From assembly GCF_964194025.1 (NCBI RefSeq), contig NC_134480.1:22258001-22322000 (forward strand): a stretch of DNA of 64,000 nucleotides. The letters are read 5' to 3'. The number at the start of each line of letters is the position of its first letter. Position 1 is the first letter of the stretch. The stretch comes from Convolutriloba macropyga. Its lineage: Eukaryota. Under the pieces are notes generated by a model. It had not been told where the DNA came from and ran no database searches. It was given only the letters and a program-made list of their open reading frames with translations. A program made the position numbers and the translations under genes. Shown here piece by piece: positions 39,185 through 50,600 of the stretch.

Positions 39185-39253
39185 TGGGTATGGGACTCAA
39201 ACCACTGACCTCCTGTTTACTTGTCGCCTCTTCTACCTTTGCGCCACCGTACC
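39185..39253 (-). pseudogene. degenerate tRNA-like sequence / tRNA-derived SINE head
   Basis: Minus strand GGTACGGTGGCGCAAAGGTAG (A box)...GAGGTCAGTGGTTTGAGTCCCA (B box/T arm) at tRNA-like spacing; anticodon and acceptor stems pair poorly. Confidence 0.55.
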
Positions 39254-39499
39254 TTGTTTTCCTTAAGAGCCGCAATCCTTATAAAGCGTAGATCTTACAT
39301 ATTTTGCGTTGAATTTAGCGTAGATCTTACATATTTTGCGTTGATTTTAGCGTAGACCTTACATATTTTGCATTGAATTTAGCGTAGAACTTGCATATAT
39401 TTCGTTGAATTTGGCCTAGATCTTACATATTTTTTGTTGAATTTAGCCGAGATCTTACATAATTTCAACGTATTCAACGCATTTATCATGTGAGAAGTA

Positions 39500-40270
39500 C
39501 TGGGAAAAATTTAATTTTTTTTTAAGTTTTGAAAAAAATTTGAATTCCCAAATTGCCTGAAATGGTTTTTGCACCGTAGGACAGCAAATGGTTATTTTTT
39601 GCTGACTTCATTTTTCTCAATTGTGCAGTATAGGGGTCGAAACAGTAAAAAATTAATTTTTCGAAAAAAAACTTGAAAAATTTGAAATCTTCAAATGGTC
39701 TGAATTGGATTTTGCACTATAAAAGAGCACTAAAAAGATTTTTTTCTGACTTCTTGTTACTCACCTTTGGAGTATCGGGTTCGAAAGTGTGAAAAAATTA
39801 ATTTTTCGAAAAAAAAACTTGAAAAAATTTTGAAATCGTAAAATGGTCTGAAACGGATTTTGCACTATAAAAGAGCACTAAAAAGTGATTTTCCTCACCT
39901 GTGCAGTATAGGGTCGAAACAGTTAAAAAATTAACTTTTTGAAAAATTAACTTTTTGGAACTCTCAATTGGATTTTGCACTATAAAAGAGCACTAAAAAT
40001 GATTTTTCTTTGATTTCACGTTTCTCACCTTTGCAGCATAGGGGTCGAAACAGTGAAAATGATTTTTCGAAAAAAAACCTGGAAAAGTTTTGAAGTCGTA
40101 AAATGGTCTCAAATGGATTTTGAACTATAAAAGAGCACTAAAAAGTGGTTTTTTTGCTGACTTCGCTTTTCTCACTTGTGAAGTATCGGGGTCGAAACAG
40201 TGAAAAAATTGAATTTTTGAAGAAAAAACTTGAAAAACTTTTGAAATCATAAAGTGGTCTGAAATGGAAT
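39500..40270. repeat. diverged tandem repeat, ~120-150-bp unit, about 5-6 copies
   Basis: Recurring AAATGGTCTGAAATGGATTTTGCACTATAAAAGAGCACTAAAAA...GGGGTCGAAACAGTGAAAAA near 39553, 39693, 39841, 39961, 40101 and 40251. Confidence 0.85.
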
Positions 40271-42714
40271 TCAAAAAATTCAACCTTAAATTTGTAAGAT
40301 CTAAGCCAAAATTCTACGCAAAATATGTAAGATTGGTGTTGAAAGCGTTGAATTTATGGGAGATCTACGCTAAATACAACGCTAAAAATGTAAGATCTAC
40401 GCTAAAATTCAACGCTAAATATGTAAGATCTACGCCAAAATTCAACGCAAAATTATGTAAGATTGGCGTTGAGGCGTTGAATGCGTTGAATTCATGTAAG
40501 ATCTACAATAAATTCAACGCTAAATGTGTAAGATCTACGCTAAAATTCAACGCTAAATATGTAAGATCTACGCCAAATTTCAACGCAAAATATGTAAGAT
40601 TGGCGTTGAATGCGTTGAATTTATGTAAGATCTACGCTAAATTCAACGCTAAATATGTAAGATCTAGGCTAAAATTCAACGCTAAATATGTAAGATCTAC
40701 GCCAAAATTCAACGCAAAATTATGTAAGATTGGCGTTGAATGCGTTGAATTTATGTAAGATCTACGCTAAAATCAACGCTAAATATGTAAGATCTACGCT
40801 AAAATTCAACGCTAAATATGTAAGATCTACGCCAAAAATCAACGCAAAATTATGCAAGATTGGCGTTGAATGCGTTGAATTTATGTAAGATCTACGCTCA
40901 AGCGTAGATCTTACATAAATTCAACGCATTCAACGCCAATCTTACATAATTTTGCGGTTTTTAGCGTTGACACCTCGGCCCGGGTATGGAAATAACTCAT
41001 CCAATTAGTATGGTGTAAGGTTCTAACATCTGCTCTGGCTGTTTCTTTCCTTTTCTTTCCTAACTCAGTACGTACGTTAAGAAGTTCTTTTCGCTGCACG
41101 ACAAAAGGGAAACAAGAACCCCTTTCACAACCTTATTCCTAATTTTCCTATTTGGATATAGCGTTTTTTATTTTCTTTCGTTGGGTGTTTAGAGTTATAA
41201 AGACAATAGCCTACCAATGAAGAAGATGAAATTGTACATTGAAGCAGGAACTACCTGAGATTGATCCTGGACCCTGTGTAACAAAAGCGAGAATCTTGGT
41301 ACAAGATCATTGTCCCTAGAGATAAGTCCACAAGATTTTTTTGTCCTATGACCTCCAGATATATTTTTTCTGTATGCCCTCCAAAAATCTGTTCTTTATC
41401 TTCGGTGTTCCACGACGACAATGCGCTTTCAATAAAAGAAGGCGGCTCGTTAATGTGCGTTCGCAGATGATGTTCCGACCCGCGCTCATCTACATTTTTG
41501 AGTTAAATACCTTTTGACCAACATTTTTGACAAAGAGATAATCAAACGACGAGATCTTTACAACGAGATCTGCCAATAAAAAGACTACGAGAAAAACAAC
41601 AACAAAAAAGCAAAAACAAAAACAAAAATCAATATCTAAAAAGCACTTCGTAACAACGTCAAATTACAATCAGGCAAAACCCTAACGACACAGATTTTCT
41701 TTTTCCTAATTCAAACAACAGATGGGATTTATCTTAATGACACCCGGCAACAAGTCATAAAAAAGAAGAAATATTGATGCGATATTAAAAAACCAATCAA
41801 CATTCGTTAAACCAAATAATTTCAAAAGTATTGAAAATCATTAAAAATCATTAGCTTTTAGCAAAATAATTATTGATAATTTTGTTAAAAAGTCAGAATG
41901 AAAACAATAGGTTCTCTCTTTGGTTAGACTAAGCCATAGGAACGGACTAACGATGTCGAAAAGCTCAAAAAAAAAACGAACAACAAATTACAAACATTGC
42001 GAAAACACAAATTAGTGAAGCCATTACAATCATTAGCTATTATCTGAATATTACGTCTTTTATTTCATTTTTTGAATGTACTAATTCAACTAAAAAGATT
42101 CTGAATGAACGAATAAGTTCAATCGGGCCACATTTGAAAATCATTGTTATTACGCGATTGTGCTAAAGGAAGAGAAAAAGAAACACAAATACACCACTCA
42201 CATAACTTTATGAAAACGCATATTGTAAAACAAACAAAACATAAGTAATGTCATGATATCAGTAAACAAGTTAATTTTTTAAATACAAGGAATTTTACTG
42301 GACTTCTGAATGATGAGAATAAGTTACAAGTTGACGAAAAGAACAACAAACTGAAAAAAATGAAAAATCCTGAAAAACCTTTAAAATGTTTAGTATCCTA
42401 AACTTTAAGACTATTCGCTATAAACTGACTGCTTCGGGTAAAATAATTCATTCAATCGCCAATTACAAGCTTATGAGAACGATCTCCATTTTATGGCTAC
42501 CTAAAGAAAGAATTAAAAGAACAGGCAAAAACAGCAAACTAAAAAAAAAGAGCTATGTCGAAGCCATTAAAAAATGAACTTTTCAGTAAAAACTTTTCTA
42601 CTGTCATTTGAATTCCTAACGACTATGGGATCGTTCTTTTTAACAATTTGACTCCAATAAATCGATAAACATAAACAAATACATTAAAACCACGAAATTT
42701 TAGAGAAAACCCGT

Positions 42715-43810
42715 AGTCACAACGCCATTAAATACAATAGCTCTCAAAGAAAGCTAATAAATACGCCAGCTTACGCTTAGATGAGACCAAAAGACGTTTG
42801 TCATTCGCAAGTCGTCAATAAGACTTCACGATAAGTCATTAACTATGAAAACAACAACAACAAAAACAGGCAAAAATCCAAAAATTGAGTAGAAAAGTGT
42901 GAGAAGAAAGTGTCGAAGCCATATCAACCATAAGCTTTTCTGTGAAAATTTTATGAATAATCCATTGAAAGTTATTTCTAAGCCAATGCAACTGTCAATA
43001 TTAGGATAATGGGTTAGGATTCCAAAAGTAACCAAAATTACAAAAAATTTATTTAAAAATTTTTCAAAAAATTATGAAAACCTGTGCATCGAATTCATAA
43101 CACCAATAGCTGGAATATAAAACGGCTGACTAAATTAATTTTGGTTCAAGTAGAACTGAAGGGGAACCGGTGATTACTGAGACTGACATACAGTTCACGA
43201 AAATATGCTTAAGACCAGTTGATGTTAAATAAATTTCTCGAAAAATCATTTTTAAAGTCTCAACAGCCATTAAATTAAATTGTTTTTAACGGAAGTCAAT
43301 AAATACGCTCAGTTATGACTTGATTGGAAGACAACAATACTTGTCAAACATAGGTTATCAATAAGACATCACACTAAGTCTTATGACTATGGAAACAACA
43401 ACAAATACTGGCAAAAACCAAAAAATCAGCAGAAAAGTGCGAGAAGAAAGTGTCGCGGCCATTTAAACCATAAGTCTTTCTCTGAAAACTTTATCCATGA
43501 TCCATAGAAAATGTTCACTATGCCAATGGGAGATATTAGTATCTGGATAATGTGATAAGATTTCAAGAGGATCCAATATTACAAAAATATCCAAAAAATT
43601 TTTTGAAAATTTTTTAAATCTTGTTGCAGTGAAGTCATATAACAAATAGTTAGAAGATAAAACTTTTAGCCAGATTAATTTGGTTACAGTGGAAAGGAGG
43701 AGGGTCCTGTCATTACTGAGACTGACTTACAATTCACGAATAGAAGTTTATGTTGTGCTAATGTTAAAAAAATTCGCGAAAAATCAGTTTTAAAGTCATA
43801 ACAGCCATTA
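42715..43810. repeat. diverged ~540-bp tandem duplication (2 copies)
   Basis: Shared blocks such as agaaaagtgygagaagaaagtgtcg (42891 and 43431) and attactgagactgac (43173 and 43712). Confidence 0.8.
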
Positions 43811-44524
43811 GCTGTCCAGTCAAAGCTCTAGATAGCTTCACTTTGTGCTCATTTTGGAAACTATTGCACTTTTTGTCAACAAGTTTAAGCCATAGGACTC
43901 CACAAGTTTAGTAAAACTTCAAATAGAAAATCAAAATTTCATTCAAAATTACGAGTCGGAGCCAAAAAAAACACAATTGATTCTTTGAAAACGAATTTTT
44001 TGTTAGTACACATTCCTATGAGTACACTTAGAATTTTTTTGATAGTACACTTTCCTATGAGACCAGAACTAGTCTTTTTATCGCCTTTGGTTCGGGTATT
44101 AGGAACTCAAAATAGATTGAATTTGTGGCGTGAAATGGAATTTTGAATTAATATTTTTATTAAAAGTTCCTAATTTGAAGAAAAATTGTATTAAAAGTGA
44201 ACAAAACCATGCCAAATATCCCGTTGTTCTCACAAAACTTCAACCTTCGATAACTCCTCGAAACAAACGAAATTAAAAAAAATCTTTTTAGTTTCTTTTT
44301 TTACGCTGGACGAGCTTTTTAATGATACCACTCACAATTATCCACGATGAATATATCGATCGGCCAAAATTGAATGAACAAAAAAACCCATTTGAGTATA
44401 TATTTCCTCCCCCCACAAGTGGAGTCGGAACAAATATAATTTAAACAACTTAGTGTCAATTATTGACGTAGGGATTGGAGACACGCGGAAATTGAACGTG
44501 AGATCCTTGGCACCTGAAGCGCTA

Positions 44525-44680
44525 ATACAAAAAAGTTCAGATAAATTTACCTTAACGGAGTTAAGATAAGTAGTTGTTAAGGCAAAGTTAAGGTATAGTT
44601 TACCTTAACTTTACCGTAACTGGAGTTACGGTAAAAATTTACCTTAACTTTATTAAGGTAAAATTACCTGAAATTATTTT
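44525..44680. repeat. short palindromic repeat built from TTTACCTTAAC/GTTAAGGTAAA units
   Basis: Same motif family as 45550-46110. Confidence 0.55.
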
Positions 44681-45549
44681 AATTTTCTTTTGTAAGGTTC
44701 TTCTGTAAAATTACCAAAAAAGTTAGGCATGCATATCAAAAATAGACACGTCCTTATAGTCCTCTTCGATTATGAACAGATGAACAAGAATATTCAAAGA
44801 AACTGATCCGAAAACCTGAACTTTTTTTCAAAGCGAAAAACGTAAGTGGTAAATTTCTTCAGCCTTCCCATCCTTTAAAAACCTTTCTATAGCATAAGGG
44901 CACTCCTACTGAATATAAAACGTGATTTAAAACCCAAACATTTGTGTCCAATTTTTTTTACTCTAATCAATTTTTCTGGAGCCTAAACAGAAAGTTTCAT
45001 ATCAGCTTTACCATCGATAACCTCTTTGAAAGACTCGTTTCCCGAAAAATGATAAATGATCATTTTAATGTTTCACTCTGTCCAAATAATGTGAATAGCT
45101 TGGTATGCACTTTAAAAGGTCAAAAAAGGGCCTCCAGTAATTTTCAGGTTTTCAAATATAATGTTTTAGACAATTTTTCTTGAATTGAGACGTTCCATTG
45201 ACTCCAGTCACAAAAAATGTTATATATGGCTCAAGTACAAAACAAACCGATTTGCAGTAGTAGGTTAAGCAGAACCATACGCCTAAAAGACGTAAAAACG
45301 ATGATCTTAGGTTTTGCGTAGCAACAAAATATCGTTTTATGATTGAATGGGTAAAAGGCAATGACTACCTGTTAAATTTCAGCTATTTCTGAAAGTTTTT
45401 ATGAAAAGCGCACTTAGCGCTCATACAGAAAAACTTATACACAGAATTGAGTGAGAATTAAGAAACTGCCACTTATTGACCTTTAAGGCACGTTTCTAAA
45501 GTTAAAGCTTCTCATGAATACGTTTAGAAATTTTCTTCATTGTGTTGTG

Positions 45550-46110
45550 TACACTGGAAATACCTTAATTTTTCAGGTAATTTCACTTGAAAATTTTTCC
45601 TGAATTGGTTCAGGTAGTTTTGCCTTGCCTGAACTTTACCTTATGACACCTTAACTCACCTTAAGTTTACCCTAGTTTCGTTAGTTTTTACCTGGAATTT
45701 ACCTGAAAAATTAAGGGGGCATCACTTGAACTTTTACCTGAACAAACCTTAACTTACCTTAAAAACACCTCAAATTTTTAGCTTAATTTTTCAGTTTAAA
45801 GTTCAGTTTAAAATTAAGGTATTTTTAGGGCCATTTCCAGGTATTTTAAAGGTATTTTTACGTTAAATTTTAAGGTGATTTCTGCAAGTTTTTAAGGTAA
45901 GTTCCGGTAATTTTAGCTTCTCTGTTTAGGTGTGTTTTTCAGGTAAATTTAAGGAATATTCAGGTAAAAATTTAGGTGGTGCCATCTTAGTTTTTCAGGC
46001 AATTTTCAGGTAAATTTAAGGTAAGCTCAGGTAAGGCAAAAGTACCTGAACCTTTCAGGTAAGTGAAGGCGTATTTCAGGTAAATTAACCTGAAACTTTT
46101 TAGGTGCGTA
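45550..46110. mobile_element. ~560-bp imperfect palindrome (MITE/foldback-like) made of TTACCTGAA/TTCAGGTAA units
   Basis: For example ttcaggtagttttgccttgcctgaac (45609) pairs with gctcaggtaaggcaaaagtacctgaa (46025). Confidence 0.65.
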
Positions 46111-46795
46111 TCACTAAAAATCCGGCCCTAGAGATAAGTTGGCGAGATTGTTTTGAATATATAAACTTCAGTTAATTATTAAGGGCCTCTGTGAACACGA
46201 AATCCAATTTCGTGAAACTCAGTCTTTCATGCAGACATTGGATTTCAATTTAGAAAAAGAAATACATGACTCAATTTTAAGCATTGACGCAGCTATCGGC
46301 GATAATCAGAGAGTGAATGACGACCTCTCGCAATAAAGAAGAATAAGAAGTTAAGAAGTTTACGATAAGAAGTTTTTATATACGATCTATGGATTTTCAA
46401 AATAGATTTTGTGATTATTTTAGGAAAATTTCCTTATTAAAAAAACTAAAAACCCTTGATTTAAATCTTGATTCAGGGAAAAGAGATGGCCTCAAAGTGA
46501 ATCATACTAGACAACTGTCCCTTGACAGATTATAATCCTCTCAAATATTAAATATCAAAGATATTGAAACTTTTTCTGTGCCACAAAAACAAAATTCCTT
46601 TAAGATGTCGTTGTTTTGTTTTAACATTTCAAGAGCACATTTTTAAGCAGAGCAAAATTTACGCCGCTAGAGGACTGGTATTAGGTTATACGGAAACCGG
46701 TGTGCTTGCTGACAACCCCAATACCAGACTCCAGTCCCATCTCTGGTATCATGCAGGAATAAATAGCAGTTGGTTAAAAATTTGGTTAAATTAGA

Positions 46796-47675
46796 TGTTT
46801 GGGCCTATTTTAGTTTATCAATATAATATTCAACTAAGTTTTAAGGCCGCCTTGTTCGCGATGTAAATTTCTCTCTCAAAGTAGAAATAATAGAAAGGAC
46901 TGTATTTTGAGACGGTTAATATACTTGTCTAATTGTCCAATACAAGTTATAGCGGCATAAGATATAAAGTTAAACAAAGCGTGTGTAATATTTGAATGGA
47001 TATATGCTCACTAAATATCAATGAAAGCAAAACTAAATATTTTGAAATGATGTATAAACTTTAGAGCCTTTATCGTAATAATCAACAAAATCCCCTTTTA
47101 AGTTAACTGCATTCAGTTTTTTGATTCAAATACAACCTTTCGCACAGGAAACATAAATACTTGAATAAATTTAATACTGGCAAATATATGAAGAAAGTGT
47201 ACGTAAATTGACCAAATATGATTGAAACCAATAAAATAGCACTATACTAGCGGAGTTCTGAGTACACAATTAAAAAACAAGTACAGTTAGGGTAATATGA
47301 ACTAAATAACTAGTTTTCACAATTTCAGCTATGTCCAAATTGGGGCTAAAATATACAGTTTTTTGATAATAACTCAGAAACTAAGAAAGATATCAAAAAT
47401 TTCGTGAGTCGATAGAAGTTTCAAGATATACACGGTGAGTGAAAATGAAGGTTCTATCTTAAAGGGTTGAAGTGCGGCTCCATTATAAATTCTATGAGCA
47501 ATCTTAATAGATGGGGAAAATTTTCAAATATAAATAGCGCCCACACTAATGATTAAAAATTGAGGAAACTTGGCAGTGACTAGCACTAGTCTACACTTTA
47601 GCACATAAAAAATATTGAACTAAATCGGACATGTAGTTCCTTAGATAATGAGCTTTTGAATGTCAGACAGCAACA
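46796..47675 (-). repeat. 3' LTR of BEL element D
   Basis: Matches 53091-53975; preceded on the minus strand by AGGGCCGGCTA. Confidence 0.9.
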
Positions 47676-47689
47676 TAGCCGGCCCTATT

Positions 47690-50600
47690 TTGATTCGAGC
47701 AAGATACTCTCAAATGCGGTCAATATCTAATGAAATAAGTTTAACTAATGGTCATAAATAAGTTTTTTTAGCAGTTTTGATTGTTGCCATTCTAGCTGTT
47801 TTATCGTCTCCTTCATGAAGCTTTTGATTGCTGGCTAAAGGATAGTTGAAGTAGCTCTCTTTCTCATCAATCATCCAGACTAAGTCTCCCACTTTGATGT
47901 TCTCGCCTGATTCAGTTCTCCACTTTGCTCTGCGTTGGAGTGCTGGTAGATATTTGCTCATCCACCGCTTCCAAACGGCTTTCAATTGCTCGCTGATGTG
48001 TCGGAACATTTTCCGATATGAAGCTCTGTTATCGCTAAATACAGAAATGGGCCATGACAAGTTCGCCCCTCTAACAAGGAAATGATCCGGTGTTATCGTG
48101 TCCAAATCTTCAAAATCGTTACTAACCGCTGTTAAGGTCAATTATTGAGTAGTTGTTCTGCTATGCAAATTACTGTCGAGAGATTTTCCTCTTTCAAAAT
48201 TTCTTTGCCCAAAATTTTGAAAATCGGCTTCTGCTCGATTTCACTAATGACTCCTCCCATGCGCCACCGAAATGTGGAGCTGCAGGGGGATTGAAAATCC
48301 ATTTTATTCCGTTTTGGTGCTAAATTGCGCTGCATTTCAGAATGGTTCATTTCTTTGAAGGCCGCCTTCAATTCGTTCGCTGCGCCTACAAAGTTAGTTC
48401 CGTTGTCAAAAATTACCGTTTTCGGTTTTCTTTTTCTCGCTATGAGCCGATGAACTGCGTCTAAGCAAGACTGTGTGTCTAATGTTTGAACAATCTCCAT
48501 ATGCAATGCTCTGACGCTAAGACACGTGAATGGACAAATCCATCATTTCTCTGTTCTTCGGAAAAGTTTAATTGAAAACGATCAAAAGTAGTCTACTCCG
48601 ATGTTTGTAAATGGCGTTACGTTATCTTCTATTCTGACTAATGATAAATATGTCTTCACTGGCATCGATGTTTTGCTTCTCTTCAATTTACAGTGTAGAC
48701 ATTGGTGTTTAACCGATCTCAGTGCGTTTCTTAGAACAGTTACCCAAAGCTTTCTTTGAATTTCAGCTCTAATAAGTTCAACACCTTGGTGATGGTTGTG
48801 TTTATTCTGAAATTCGAGACATATTTTAACTTCAGGGATTCAACTTTACTGTTGCTTTTGACAGAGTCTCCTTTCTTCAACGACGCCATTTCCTTTGTGT
48901 AACTTTCTCTCTGCACTAACTCCTATATTCGATTCTCTGCTTGTTCAAGCAATTCGTGGGTTATTTCTTTTTTCGCGTTTTTCTATTCTCGCAACCAGAT
49001 TTCTCAGTCTTCTGAAGTTACTGAATCGTTTCCAGTCAATTGGAGCTGATTTTTCGTTCGAATTACTGGCAAAAATTTGTTCTTGCCCAGGAACTACTCC
49101 TTCTTGCTCCCAATTTTCTGTTCCGTTAATTTCGCTCTTCAGACAATCCTGTCTGTTTATCCAGTCACTTTGCATCAGTTCGTTAATGGAGAGACCTCTC
49201 GTTCTCAGATCAGCTGGGTTGTCAACTTCAGCTGTATGTCTCCACTGATCAGCTGTTTAACTAGGATTCCTGCTGCCCGGTTAGCAACCAAACTAGGCTG
49301 TTTTTTGTTACTACTATGCAACCATTGTAATGCAGTAGTTGAACCACAAATAGATTGACGCAAACGAAATTCGATGTTCTTTCAATATTAAATCTTTAAA
49401 ACTTTTTGCTGTAACTGCTGCCATTAACCCTAATTTTGGTATAGAATGGTGCTTCATTAGAGCCATTCTTGTTTTTCCAAAAATGAACCTTATTAGTCTA
49501 TCGCCGTTTGGTTTTTTAATTACAACGTAATTACAACATCTTCCGACGCGTCTCCAAAGACGTGTAGCTGAACTCTGTCACAAGACTCCTGATTGTACCA
49601 TCTTGGAACGGATAATTGTTTTGGGTTACTCCATTCTTGCACCCACTTGTTAAACTCAGTGTTTATGTCCTCGGCTATCGGCGAGTCCCATCTTTGACCT
49701 GGTGTCTGCCAGATTCGTTTCATTAACATCCTGCCTCGCATGACAAATGGTGCCATGAAATCCAGAGGATCAAACACTTGCGACACTGTTGACAAAACTT
49801 GTCTTTGCGTTCAATTCGTTTTCTGCAGGAACTCTTGGTCCTTCCGAACAGTTAACAGATCATTGACTGCTATCCGTTCAAGTCCCAAGACCTTAGGGTT
49901 GTCTTAGCTTTCTATTGATGTAATTTCACTATTTTCAAATACTTCCTCGAAATTAGAGAACCATTTTGTGAGGTTGAAGCCTTTTTTTGCTAGCAATGAT
50001 TTCAGTTCTTGGATTACTTCAGATGCTTGTTCAGTTGTGTGAACCGAGAGAAGCATATCGTCCACATAAAAGTTATCCATTACTACTTGCGATGCAATAG
50101 GATGTTCCATTCCAAACAGTTTTGCACACTGCTGCAGGGCATAACTTGCACATGTTGGAGATGTCTTCGCTCCAAAAATGTGCCGGTTGTACTGATAGCG
50201 CGTCAGTTTTCGACTCATTTTTCGCTAATCTTTGTTCGAGCGATCTTAGTTGTCAGAGGGCTGAAGAAATATTACAATCAACTTTTTGTTCTTTTCCAGT
50301 ATAAAGCATTTGAACTTCGGTACCTTCTGGTAGCTTTAACGTTGTTTTCTCTATTTTTTCAAGAGGTTTTAATCTTCAATTGTTCTGCTGTTTACTTGAA
50401 CTGTTTTACCGTAGGATTCGATTTCCCACCGCTTTCTTACAATTTCTGTTAGCTCTTGATTCTCTTGGCTATCGTTGCTCAGGAAACTGCTCGCTGTCTT
50501 TTCACTATTTGGCAGTGGACCACTTAATGTCCGGCCTAATAGAAATTTTGCTGCACATGGAGAATTATTTCCACAATATTTGTACTCTAAAGGTTTTGTT

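Larger units (their letters stand above)
38860..40984. mobile_element. foldback-type non-autonomous DNA element with modular repeats
   Basis: TIR CCCGGGCCGAGG...CCTCGGCCCGGG with TA on both sides. ~30-bp AATTCAACGCTAAATATGTAAGATCTACGCTA arrays in opposite orientations (39050-39480 and 40278-40900). Internal palindromes at ~38880-39070 and ~40845-40955. Central ~120-150-bp tandem repeat. Confidence 0.85.

Noticed and set aside
39185-39253. functional tRNA gene
   Set aside because: Acceptor and anticodon stems do not pair and the T-loop lacks TTC; kept only as a tRNA-derived relic.
40264-40758. 164-aa ORF with KFNAKYVRST repeats
   Set aside because: It is a translation of the ~30-bp minisatellite of the foldback element.
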